A DNA stretch of 63,135 nucleotides, counting the filler, from Perkinsus chesapeaki ATCC PRA-425 (Eukaryota > Protista > Perkinsozoa), in NCBI GenBank assembly GCA_013115145.1. It is 3 parts of 3 records of this genome, joined end to end, with 100 filler letters (N's around TTAATTAATTAA, not from the genome) between each part and the next. Parts side by side here need not be neighbours in the genome. Positions count along the whole stretch, not along the records: positions 1 to 25,632 come from JAAPAO010000520.1; positions 25,733 to 54,685 come from JAAPAO010000462.1; 1 more part is not named here. One strand, given 5' to 3'. Numbering within the stretch: position 1 is the first letter of the stretch; each line of letters opens with the position of its first letter. The notes beneath the pieces are model-generated. The model saw only the letters and a list, made by a program, of their open reading frames with translations. It searched no databases and was not told the DNA's origin. Position numbers and translations under genes: made by a program. Below, piece by piece: positions 22,946-35,499 of this stretch.

Positions 22946-24608
22946 TCACCAGAAGGGTCGATACTGGTAGTACCACACGGTGAGATGCCTCATGGTCGGG
23001 TCGACAATGACATAGCAATAGTTGCTGGGGTGATCATTGGAGTGAAGCTTCGTCCCGCTAACTCCGGTCACTCTGTATGCTCTACACGGGCAGATTATGC
23101 TACCGTCCGGGGCTAGACGAACTGATACGAGATCCTGAAGCACACAAGTGCAGCAGCTACTACTATCAGCGGGATATATTGGCCAAGACACAGCACTTCA
23201 ATTGAGGAGCTGCAGAAGGACAACAAACATCCCCCAAAGGGCAATGTGTCTCAGCCTTTTTATTAATATATTATCTATTGAAAAGCGGCATGACTATGAA
23301 AATAGAAATAGCCGACAGCCTTAAGGGGCCAATCGCCATCTTAGAACCCCTTGAAAGATCAGTCAGGGATAAAGTGAGGAGCATATTACTTTGAACGGTC
23401 CTTCAGGGGCGCATTTTGAGCCCCCGAGTAGCACAGTTGTGCGAGGCTAGAAGAACACCTCAAGAAGCTAGACAAGAAGTTTGGCTTTTCGTAAAGCGCT
23501 GCAAAACAGAGAACACTACGAAGCAACCTATCTAGTGCCTGCCATGAGTGGTATAAATAAGCTACAGATACGAGGGCCCTCCGATGGTCGACCCCTCCGG
23601 TCCGGGACACAGTACCCACAGCAGCAGATGCTGGGTGGGTATTACCTTGAAGATCTGCTTGGTGTGCTCAATGTAAGGGGTGATAACCTCATCATATTGA
23701 TTAGACGCTCCACCGATAACAACATGCCAGAACACTTTAAAGAGGAGTTCTCGACCTGAGATATGTGCTGTAGACGAGGTCCTGGTCATACGCATTGCAG
23801 CCAGGAAAACCGTAGATGTAGTGGCGTGGAAGGGGACGGGAAGAGAGACCCACTCATTACGCGCTTTCTTAGAGAAGACCTCATAGAGCTCAGAATCCTC
23901 ACAAACCAGAGCTTCCCTTAGTGTATCGTAAAGTGGTATCTTTAAGGTGAATAAAATGCAACCTTGAAGCTAAGATACTATCCCCACCCCTTCCCAATCT
24001 TCCTCAAGTCGACCTTGTATGCGTCCAGTCGATGGATTCACAATTCGTTTTTCCGTCAGTACCTGTCCAAGCTCCAATCTATCTGCCAAGAAGCATTTTC
24101 GGCTACATGAAAGATACTCATGTCGGTCTGGCTGATGCTGACCGGGTCGAGCTCTACCTTTGCCTGCGACCCAAGCGAACCAACCCCTGCGCACGCGTGC
24201 GGGAGAATCTAAAGAAGTGCTTTAGGTTTCTCTGTGCCCGGAAATGACAGGGACCTACTCGTTGTGCTTCGGAGCTGGCAAAAAACTGGTTGACCATAAA
24301 CCGAGCCTCGTCCTCGCTGTTAGCTGGGCTATCATACAGAAACCGAATGATGACCTGAGGGACGATGGCCCCTGGTGGGATATTATGAGAACATGGGCAA
24401 AGGAATTGTGATGACGAAGACGACTGGGGAGTACCATATCCTGTCCTAGCCCCCATTTGATGAAGTCTGCCTGGAGCTGTCTGTTGCCAAAGCACTTTGG
24501 TACCGATTCGGGAAGGAACCCGAACTTGTACGACCTCTCCGACTTCTGGTCCACTCCGTTAGGGCCGCCGCCACCGACGCCGACATCCAGTTCGGAGATG
24601 ATGGTCAT
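22946..24608 (-). CDS. CFAP300: Cilia- and flagella-associated protein 300 (C11orf70/DUF4498 family), multi-exon
   Basis: FIKWGLG; ELLFKVFWHVVIGGASNQYDEVITPYIEHTKQIFK; DLVSVR; NYCYVIVDPTMRHLTVWY, all matching conserved CFAP300 blocks. Confidence 0.85.
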
Positions 24609-25035
24609 AAGGTAGTCGGTAGAATGGCCGCTGCATTCGCATCACTGCTGCCAGGCCCCTCCCTCGCTACATAGTGTAAAATACGGTGATATTTAGGAGA
24701 GGATGAATTAATGTTGGCAGTACAAAGAGTTCGTGTAAAGTGTACAAAGTGTTGGGGAACAAAGGGTTAATGGAAATTCTTGTGAAAAGGAAGGTGTTGA
24801 GGTGATGCTTTACTGCATTTCACTAAATGGGCCTGTTGATCATCATCCCAGCTTTGATTCTAGATCCCTAGAGTCTAAAAGAAAAGACATATCGATTGGT
24901 GCAGTTGCGAAATCCCAGTCCCCCCTTGAACTCCTTAGAAAAGCGCGCGTCTCGATAGAAAATTTTCATTCCCTCCACATTGACGACAGTCTCATCACAT
25001 CCACCATCCATACAGGTCCTCGTTGACACTTTAAC

Positions 25036-25631
25036 AGGGGCCTATTTCACAACGCTGCCACCTCACCTTGCTCCTTATAAATAGGTGCGAGGCGCAAGGC
25101 GCCTTAGGGTGAGGTGGGCAAGGTGCACCTAATAGCCAAAATAGTAAGGTTGTGAAAGCGCCTTGCCAAAAAATTGTAAGGCGCCTTACGGTTTTTGCAC
25201 CTTATGCCGCCCGTTCAATAGACAAGGCTTCGCGCGATTCTGGAACCGTTTCTGAGAATCGATTTTAAAAATCGTTTCCGACTTGGTGTTCAACAGACAC
25301 GATTTTGAAATTTCAAAAACGTTTCCAGAAACGATTCCAAAAACGATTCTAGACCCCGTTCAACAGACACGATTTTAAAAAACGATTCCAGAAGCGATTC
25401 CAAAATCGCGATAAAAGTACACGAATACTTCCGCCCCTTGGGATCGAACCCGCGACTAACGTCAGCGCACTTTGATTCCCCATCCACTGTGGATGATGCA
25501 CACCATGCACCATTGTAACGAAACTCTTGCAAGCTTTCCGAACATCCGTAATGGCTGAAATAGGAATCATTCGCCGCGCCATCGCACGTCGTCGCGAACG
25601 AGAAGCAGCCCAACGCAGAGAATTCCGCGTT
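25036..25631. mobile_element. Probable DNA-transposon end(s): MITE-like inverted repeat, subterminal repeats and a possible transposase N-terminus cut by a gap
   Basis: Imperfect inverted repeat ggcctatttcacaac (about 25039) versus gttgtgaaagcgcc (about 25149); gttcaa(c/t)agac x3; multiple aacgattcc; + strand MAEIGIIRRAIARRREREAAQRREFRV runs into the N-gap. Confidence 0.4.
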
Positions 25632-26101
25632 ANNNNNNNNNNNNNNNNNNNNNNNNNNNNNNNNNNNNNNNNNNNNTTAATTAATTAANNNNNNNNNNNN
25701 NNNNNNNNNNNNNNNNNNNNNNNNNNNNNNNNTAGTGCTCCAAGCACACAATACTCTGCGTGATAATTTCGCTAACACTGATTCTACATGTAGAATCGTT
25801 ACCAGTATTCGCATGAGAGAATGCTATGTCAAATTGTGATATGACATATCAGATATGTACTCTCTTTTGTTGTTGCTCAAACCCAAGAAGGAGGCTTTTC
25901 TGATACCGTATAAATAAGTCGATGAAAGAAGATGAGGGGACCAGCAAGCAGCTTCGTGGAACTCTTGATCGGTCCTCATAAGATACTATCCTAATACTAC
26001 CGAGGCACGCACCATGTAAAGGTCCGACAAGGAGGCATGGCATAAAGTCTCAATAGCTCTCTTATACTAGATCTGATAATAAAAGCGATTCATGATCACA
26101 G

Positions 26102-26395
26102 TTATTCTTCGCGAGTGGTACAGCATGGGCAGTCGAAACCGCCGCAATTACAAATGTCTTCTGCGCATCCTGGCAGGTATATAGAGCCGCCGCATTCTCT
26201 GCATTTCTTGCATTTGACGTTTTCCTCCGCGCAACACGGACAACCCGAGCCACCACACTTAAGGAGTTTGAGGAGGCATGATGGAAAGTACGGAACACCT
26301 CCGCAGATCTGGCATTCGACGCATTCATCAGGATGCTTAGATTCGATGAATCCCACGAGAATGAAGCATACGATGGCATAGACAGGAAGCATCAT
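26102..26395 (-). CDS. Small secreted cysteine-rich protein with two internal repeats
   Basis: Signal-peptide-like MMLPVYAIVCFILVGFIES, then two aligned units CxxCxxCGGxxYxPxC...CGGxxCPCC; 17 Cys in the mature part; intronless. Confidence 0.8.
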   Translation of the reverse strand: MMLPVYAIVCFILVGFIESKHPDECVECQICGGVPYFPSCLLKLLKCGGSGCPCCAEENVKCKKCRECGGSIYLPGCAEDICNCGGFDCPCCTTREE

Positions 26396-28213
26396 TTATC
26401 GGGCTTAAAAAAGCAGCCTGAGAGACCAGATGAAGCTTATGCGATATATCGGAGAGAGTCACGCAAAGTCTACAATTTAGACTACATACGACAGCAGTGA
26501 GTGCCAATCGTATAATGTGCGCTCAAGCGCAGTGTAAGCGGCGCACCGTGCTCAAATGTAACCTGGTAGGAATGTACAGAAACCTTTTAGCGATAATGGC
26601 TCTCAAGCGTTCTTACCCGACAGTATTGTTCACTTATTAATGTTATACTACTAAGCGCCGTGACGCAGATTGTGTGACTTACTTGTGCATGCGTGCTAGG
26701 TCTCCTCATAACACTTGCTCAGTGTTTATGAGGTCAGATTAGCCCTTCCCAGAAGTTCCGATTCTTACTGGCCCGGGGCCAGTGGCCCCGAACTTAGGCT
26801 CGAGCTCAGGTTAGTACATTGTGTGGAGTTTGGGCATTTCACTAGGCTTACGGAGGATAAGGATTGTGTCGAGTGTGGGTGGGTACAGGAGGCTACAATG
26901 GAGGCTCCGAGGAGACAACTGGAGCCTGGGACCAATTGAGGTATTCTTTTTTCCAATTTCCCAAAGCTGGGCACTCGTCAAGCTCAGGGGGACGTCTGTC
27001 ATTCCACAGACCGTACGTATTAGCGCCTGTTCGAGCTGCCGTGACGGCAGTGCCGTTGCACCCTGTTACTGGCAGGCTGCCGGGGTCACCTTGGTGTGAT
27101 TTCCATTACGGAATCACACCTCGTGTCCAGCCCTGTGAGTCACAGGGGTGGAGTCACAGGCTGTGACTCCACCCCGAACCCTCTCGGTCAGGAAAGGGAA
27201 AACAAAACACTCAGCCTATTCGGCCGCAGAATTTCGGCTTCCTTAGCCTCGACTGTTTCGGTAAGAAGCCCACCGTTATACGTCCAAAATTTGGACTCCA
27301 AATTCCGGGCTTCGGTAGTCGGATGTTTGCGTGATGAACAGTCAGGCAATGTTTTATATCGATCCGATCGATTCGATCGATACGATTGAATAGTAAATAC
27401 AACAATTATCGTTAGGAAATGTGAGAGCTTTTGATCTAACTACTATTCTGCGTCAGTCATGTTATTGACTTAGTGTTTGGGGTTCTGATAATCTGAACAG
27501 TACCAAAATGTGCAACTAGTGGGTACTCGTCGGTTACAAGTTCTTACTCTCACGAAGTCTCGCTTGCTTTTCTCGTCAATTTCACAGCCGCGACGTCCAC
27601 ACCCAGTCTCTGAACAAAGATGCCGACTCAAGTCGAACGAATGCGTTTTCCCAGTTCGCCTTCTGTTTCTTGAACTAGTTATGATATATCACGAATTCTG
27701 CGAATCAAGTCTCAGTGCTTACCGCACCTTTCGATGACCAATATCGATCTGAGTGTGCTCTATAAACAGCAATGTTGCTTAGATATAGAAGCCACATAAC
27801 AATTGGCAATTCTCACATCAGTGTGCTCCCGAATAGTCCGCAAACGTGCCTGCTCCGCACTTGCTTTACTATTCTTGTCCCCAGCGTCCAGAGGAGCCGA
27901 GCGAAACCTGTCGCGGAACCATAAGCAGCACGCATGGATGGAGGCATCGCTTTCGCCGAGCTCTCATCGAGATAGAGAGAAGCACCATCTGCTAGCTTCT
28001 GTGAACAGGGATAATGATTGCTGCAATCTGGAGCCTGGTTTGCCCAAAGAGCATCGGATTACGGACTACAACAGCCACGACATGGCGGCACTTTGTAGCA
28101 CGGAATAGTCAGCCTTTTTGTTCATTCCGCGGATATTCTAGAACGCGCCGATATCTTGAAATAGTCCAGGTACACAATGCTCGGAATGCGAAACGAAATA
28201 ACCAGTAAAATTC

Positions 28214-31200
28214 CTACCTCGCTGGTTTCATAACAACTTTACCGCTCGTTGAAGAAACCGATCTTTCATAAGCTACTTTCAGTCGTTGTTCGACTTTACG
28301 TTTGTGCTCTTCTGCCTTCTGGAACCGCAGCCTTTCCCGTCGAGATTTCTCTATCTGATACGTCAACATTCGTACCTCTACCAAACGGTCCTTACCGATT
28401 ACCTGCTTGTCTAGGCGGTGAATCATGTTTCCTTCGAGGGTCTCCAGATCGCTGAGTTCTCGAGCGATATGTTCTACTCTGTTTTCGACTTCTTCCAACA
28501 TCTTCAAGGCACCCGGGTGATGGTGGCTATTTCCCGTGACGGAGATGTAAAGCTAGCAACAGACACTTCTCCTCGGAATACTCATGATCGCCGGCTAGCC
28601 AGGAAGACTTTCGAGATACATGCCTACTGAGAGTCTGACACTAGTGGGATTCCCTTGCGAATCAGCGAGATCCTGTCGTGGGAAATCCCTGTGTTGAATT
28701 CACTGCAGCACGCTCCACTGTTCCTAGTCTCATTGTAATAGTATTTTGACGAGACTATCTACAGCTCATGGATATACCTTCATAATGCTAATATAGCTAT
28801 ATAATATACTTCGTAAGCCAGGTGCCAACAGGGACCGTGTAGTACACGTAGTTATTCACCAGTACTTATTGTAGTACGCGCCGTGTACTACAATGAGTAC
28901 TGCTAGATATATTGAAGCCATCCATCAACTATTATTCATAGCTGTTGAACAGTTCCAATACTATGCTGAAAGTATCAATAGTTTATATTATTTTGAACAT
29001 CTTTCCGCTGAAGGTTATGTTGCTGTCGTGATAGCAATCCTGGACTACTGTATTTCGGTTACACCTTTAATTTGCTTGTCGCACCTCGCTGTTGATTGAC
29101 GGTACCTCTTTTGCTCTCTCTTTCACGTGCTCGAATTGTCGGTCGATTTCCGCTGTGTTCGACATGCTGCCAAGGGCCGAGCGTAGCGTTGCGCAGGCTG
29201 CGCGTTCGTCGTCTGCTAGTCGATCCGCGTCCTAAGTGCGAGCCGCCCTATGCATGCCGTTATGAGCCTAGGGTTAATCGGAGCGATGAGCTTCTGGATT
29301 ACAAAAATTGCATAATCTTCGGCTAGGCTAAAGTCTAGACATAGGCTCAAACTAGACTACAATCCGAAGGTTGTTATCGCATGCCCCGTAATAGGCGAGA
29401 CTCGCCTGGCGAGTGATCATAAGCTCTATGCTGCTAATGACTGCGGCACTCTCGACCCGAAAGTCTCGAGCTCCGTAACACGGTGGCCGACAGGAAGAAT
29501 TTTCACGGCTTCAAAGTTCAGGCCAGCGTAGTTGATCTGGTACGAGCTTCTGTCTGCGGAGTTTCTGCTGCTTTTCTTCTGATATTCGCGTGGTCTCTTC
29601 AAACATATGCTTAATACCCCTATGAACCTGTTGGACGTACAATTATACTTTTCGACACTCGGTTCGACCACCTCGTCCGATTCGGCCTCTGACTTTATTG
29701 AAAGTAAGTTAGCCTCCTCTAGGGTTTCCAGCATCCCAAGTAGCTGCCTAGGATGATTGAAGTATCTTTCAACTGTGATGATTCCAGGCCAGCCGGATCG
29801 GACGTTTACAGTGGGACTTCCTCGCCCGAGCTCGTAGAATCGATACTGTTCTCAATATCAACCTTGTTCGGGTATCTCTTCGCAAATTTGTCTCTTGCTG
29901 CCATGATTTTCTATTATGATCATTTTGAGCTCTCTATGGCGCTGCTAGGCGTAAAGGGCCCACTTGCACTAGCTCATGCTCTCCAGCTTGCTTAGCAGTC
30001 TCCTGCTCCTTCATGCTGTTGCCCCGCCTATTCCTATTCTTAGTCTGAGTTATAGTGCTGGCGACCAGGCATCGTGCCGAAGCAGCTACTTTCTGTTTCT
30101 TTTCCCATTCTTCGCGTAACCTTTGCACCTCGGGTTCCAGTGCTTTCTCGATGTTATCACATATCTCATTCCACTTCTCTGTAACCTTGAGCGGGTGAGT
30201 ACTAGTGCGAGTGGTATGGTAGTTCACCGACACGTTCCATTTTCCTGGTTTTCCTTCTCGCTTTTTTTTCGTCGATTCTTGCTTCCAGCCACTCAATCGG
30301 CGTGATTCTCTCAAGGAACTCTCGATATCTGTTTCAACCCATAAAATAGTTTCGTGAAAAATTTATTGCTATGTGCCAAATTGCAGCCTCGTACAAAGCC
30401 AAGGGTCGCCAATTTATTGCTTCGTGACCAGACCGTGAATGTGAGTGACAAATTCAAGACCTGTCTTCGTGAATTTCAAACTTTGAAATTGACCAGGATG
30501 AAAAACTCCAACTCTAAATTTGAAGTTAAGAACCCTGACGGAGACACTCTGATCAACTCCGAGCAACCGTTGCTCAGCAACGAAGTTCGCGGAGGTTCGG
30601 AGTATAGAGGCGACAATTGGTAAACGGATCATCTCTCCGTTCGAAGAAAGCTGGTCGGCAAGATTCTCGCCTGACCTTTTGAGTTCCTTCCTGAGGGATT
30701 CCAACTTCAATTCTTGTTTCTCGAGGGCGCCTACGTGAGCCGTGAGGTGTCGAACCTGTGGTAATAAAAAACGATGATTTGCAACTTCCCGTCATCAGTA
30801 GCCCGTGAAAGTGACAATGAGCAGCGTACATTATCTAATAATGTTATTTGATAGTAAAGGCTATAATGCAAAGGTTGTTGAATAGAATTTGGTTCGCTGA
30901 GACACACTAGTGTAATAGGTGAATTTTCTAATGGCAAATTGCTATGCACATGTTCGCGATGAGTAACGCAACGCTGTATTTCAATGCTGCTCAACAAGCA
31001 ATGCTCTGCTACCTCCAAATTTCAGATCATATAGCTCTATGGCTACGGCACGGTACCCGCTGAATGGTCCGAGGTAACACATGTTACAGATCCACGCTAA
31101 GACCGTTCTGACACGTTGGGCGGATGAACAGTCGCATCGATGATCCGCAAGAGGTTTGCTTCTCCCCTGCACCCTTTACTGACGGGAGGGATGAGGTGGG

Positions 31201-33631
31201 AAGAGAGGAAAGATAGCGAGCTTCCTCCCTCGCTTTCATCTTATTCTTTACATGACTTATCAGCGGCCCTTTAACGCTCGCGTGTTCTTTCAGTGTACGT
31301 GTGCACAAACCTGGTTGTGCTACCAAAAGCTATAGATAAGTTTGCAATCGATAGACAGAGAGTTGATTGAGGCTATTAGTTACCTTCTCAATTTTTTCAT
31401 TCTTCATCGCTGTCGTAGCGTCGCTGAGTGCTGCAGCCTCTTGCCCTCGAGTATCGTTGGACTCAAGAAACGTGCCGAAAATGCTGATATCTTCCTCGGT
31501 GGTTTCTTCTGCCTTCACCAAAGCGTCCTCCTACATAGGAAACATGTGTTCCTATAGTGCTACTGTATACACATTGCACAAGGCGGCATATAAGAGTATT
31601 AAATAGAGAGAACGCGTTTCATGTTTCTTTTTGATCCAGGAACACTGTTTAGCAGTACGTCTATTAAATCTTCACACTAGAAATTTTTTTGACCCTCGAG
31701 AAACACACTTTGAGGACCTGATAACATACAAAAGTATAAGCCAGTCGATGAGCTGTCTCAACTCAACGTACGCATACTTTCGCTTCGATTGGAAGATGCA
31801 AAGGCTATGCTAGACCAGGACCCCTAGTCAGGCAAAACCCCATGATCGGATCGAGCTCCTCGGGGTCGACGAAGCGGGAAATGAATGTGTAATGACGATT
31901 ACGTTGTCATCAGAATTCAGCAATTGGTATTCACTCACTTTGCTCTTGGCCTTCTGCTTGAGTCGTGCTATTTCCATCTTGTGCATATCTGATGCCATAC
32001 GGAGGCACAAGATATTTCTGAAAGTTCTCGGTGCGAGGATACTGATGATCGCGTTTTCTCACTTTCGATTCTCGAGGAAGTCCTGTTTCATTTCTTTCAG
32101 ATATCGCCGTTTCTGGACCGGAATAACGATTTCCTTCTGGAATATGTCCCCTATTCTATCTCTGAGTGCTAGAGGCCTGTCTCTTCTTGAGACATCGTGG
32201 GGTTGTAGATTAGAATCCTGAGGGCCCACGAGTAAGTATCCCAAGGATACTATCGTTTCATTTGGGCTAACAAGTTTTTAGAAAACCATTGTTGGAAAGA
32301 AGAAAATGTCAACACCCTTCTCAGTTCACCAAATTTATCCGATAAACTTCGTCTTACGGTATACTGTAGATCATAGGAAACTGTGGTAGCGCTACATGGG
32401 TCGTCCATACTGCATTTAACAGCAAGGATTTCTACCGTCCATTCACGAGTCCCTGCAAACTTCATTTTTTCATCTCAACTAAAGTTTCAGCAAATTTCTC
32501 GACATTTCAAATCTACTGGCTTTCGAAATGTCTATCTGGAATTCTCGGCTGCGGGAGGGCATGGCCGCGGTATAATGTTACTGTTGGTTGCGTCATGAAA
32601 GTGTTGCCAGCAGCTCGCACTGGGGCGCTCTGTGACGCTAGTGTGCTAGCCGTCATTCTCCGGTGTACCTGAAAAATGGGGGGGGAGGGAAGATGTGTAT
32701 GGCAAAATAAGGCGCAGTACAACAACGACCGCTTTGCGCACAACTATATTTCATTCGCTAACATTCAACCAATATAAGCAACTAACTAGGTAGCTATATT
32801 GACCGCACAGGTGCAGCTGTAGAGGCAGCTGTTGACGTATCGTTAGTGTTTATTCATTCGAGGGATGTGTCACTTCTTTCAGCTCGACTAGTGGGAGTCT
32901 TCCGATCATTCAGGGTCGAATCAACATTCAAGCCGTGGTCTTCTTACGGGGAGCTTTTTTCGTTCGTTCATTATTGCCTGTCTGCGCACTTCCTCTCGCT
33001 CGCCATGACGCCGAATCAACGGGTCTACTGAGGACAGCTTGAAGGGGTTATACCTGCAGCGGTATAGCTACCATACGAGCAACGGATAGATAAGAAAAGC
33101 AGAGAATCGAGAAGGTTTCCGTCACGTTCTTGTGTTACTCCTTTCTTTACTGACTTAATTTGCATAAGCGAGCGTAGTTGATGAGTTGTATGAGTTCTTT
33201 TCTCGGGCTACGAGGATCAAGCCATTCTTCTCATAGAGAAGAACTTCGGCTACTAGCGAGAGCCAGCTTGAGCTGGTATTTGCGTCATAGCCAAGACACT
33301 GGAGGCAACATCGTGATCGTTGCAACAACCCGAAGAGGAATGTCACAACCTCGTAACCTAAGTATTGAACGAGCTCTTCATATGAACCATACCGTGGATT
33401 CCTTGGGGTTAATGACTCGCTACTTGCCACGGATCCAGCGAAGTCCATTGGTGCTAAAAATGTCACTGCCAGAACTTCAAGCTCAAATGCGGCTATCCTA
33501 GTGCGTTCAAGTTCGAGATGGAACCCCGGCATCTTTAAGCGCTTTCGTGCAATATTTCTTGTTTGGTAACTCGTGGCTTCAAACATCATTGCAAAGCGAT
33601 TGGGGGCATTCCACCAGTGTTCTGATCGCAT
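28214..33631 (-). pseudogene. Fragmented, stop-interrupted coding-like remnants with coiled-coil character (possible decayed retroelement gag/ORF1 or decayed host genes)
   Basis: Same-strand fragments EVENRVEHIARELSDLETLE, ALEPEVQRLREEWEKK, KLESLRKELKRS and MEIARLKQKAKSK are separated by in-frame stops; no RT or integrase motif was recognised. Confidence 0.3.
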
Positions 33632-35499
33632 GTCGATAACAGTTTAGTGCATACGTCCATTCGCTTCTGGCACCTGATTTACTACTATAACACAAAGAGC
33701 CCAAAATCGATAGCAGCATGCACACAATGATATCCAGTGGACCGCATAATCTACACTCTTTCACCGCCGAATAAACCATCCTTGGAAACTCGGTGCTTGT
33801 AGCATCATCGATGCCGAAGATTCTGTGACGCGTTGCATTCCCAGTTGTGACGTGTGAAGTACAGGGCCAGACTGCCCACCGACCGGATGACTGTATCTCG
33901 CCGTTATCGGAGCTGCTTGCAGAGAGGGCTGGAAGAAACTGAGTCGCAAAAAACCAATGCGAATTTCGGGGGCGTGACTCGATTTTTTAGAGAGGCCGAG
34001 ACCATGAGACTTGAAACATTTTAATAATAACCTCTGTTAAGGCATGGGACCACAGTATAAGATTCGAACTGAGAAGAAGTAAGTGTTGGGTATGCATAGC
34101 AAAAACAGTCTTGACAGAATATAAGCATAAAGATAACGAAATAGAAATAAGTTATTTCAAATAACGTTTAGTTTGATATTCGCTCTGAGCAATTTCGTTC
34201 ACTTCAAGGAGTAATTCGCCTGCTAGTAATGCAAACGCGTCGCTGCTGGACAAGCGTCGCCAAATCCTGGCGCTTAACGCAGAGCTCAGATACCGATAAC
34301 GAGCTAACGCGGTACACTGCGCCAGGCATAACCAAAATAACTTACCCTTGGCTCGGCCATGGAGCGTCGCTCCACCGGGGCACTGGTCTCGCCGATAAAG
34401 GTGGTTCAGTTGGTATTCTCGAGCTGGTCACCTGTGCCTGAAAGCGCTCCAATTTGTGTGTGGATTTTATATAATCCAACGGCTTTCAATGGAAGGTCAT
34501 TTGCGCTATTGGCTTAGTGCCGTAATAACGTGGCCACTGTCTCGTCTTCAGGGGACAAATTGCACAAACGCTTGAACTCAATTGTCGTTATCAACTTAAA
34601 TACAGGAAAATCTCGAAATGAAGCATCTGCTGTGCGTGAAAAACTTTTAGAGATTATTGCCGCCAAACTCGTTAGAAGAATGCGACCAGATAAACCCACC
34701 CGCTCGGTGCTGTTATCGAAGGTCGTCGAAGATATCGATCGTTCAGGCTGTGCTGGGAGAGCACTGAGAGACAGGTGAGGTATGTTCTGTGTGCCTGACA
34801 GGCAAGGTTTCCAGTTTCAGCTCGCGCTGGCGCACCAATCGGGAGGAGCAGGTGACTCGATGTAGTCGACGAAACCGATGGCCGGCGGGTATCTGTAGAC
34901 GAAATCATACAGGCACTTCGAGCCTCCCCTGATGCTCCCTAGATTTCTCCCGAGCCTAAAACACTTGATAGAAACTAACTAATAGCAGGATAATGAGATA
35001 ACCATATCGGTATAAGACTAGTGCTAATGTTATAAAATATTTTCAACGCATATCGGCATCCTTATTATCTACCTATTTCTACCATGCCTAGCGCTTCACA
35101 TGAGTACCGAATAGTCCTAGTTCATCTTCGAACTAAATCATACAGGCCCTTCGGGGCTCCGCGTACGCCCTCTTAATCTTCCCGAAACCTGGCCCACGTG
35201 AAGGAATTGGCTAGTATCATCTATGCTGATTCAGCGTGGTAATTTGGCGAGTAAATTGTTGCAAGAATAATGCAAAGAGGATATCCTATAGTAAGGTATT
35301 AAATACGTATCGGTATTATCACTACTATTATCTTACCATTCGCCCGAGGCGGAGCGTGCTGCACAATTGAACATGCTATCTATTGTTACTAGTTTATATC
35401 ATTAATGAAATACCACGTAATATATTATATTTTCCAATACCCATATTTTGTGTCAACTGTCCCCTTCCCCTCCAAGGCGAACTAACCTATATATGTGGA

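Noticed and set aside
25632-25731. TTAATTAATTAA palindrome inside an N-run (also at about 54730-54741)
   Set aside because: The identical 12-mer centred in two gaps, giving stops in all six frames, is an assembly spacer and not biology.
27515-32895. ACTAGTGGG three times (27515, 28640, 32887)
   Set aside because: Flanks are unrelated and there is no associated hairpin or TSD; too short to support an element boundary.
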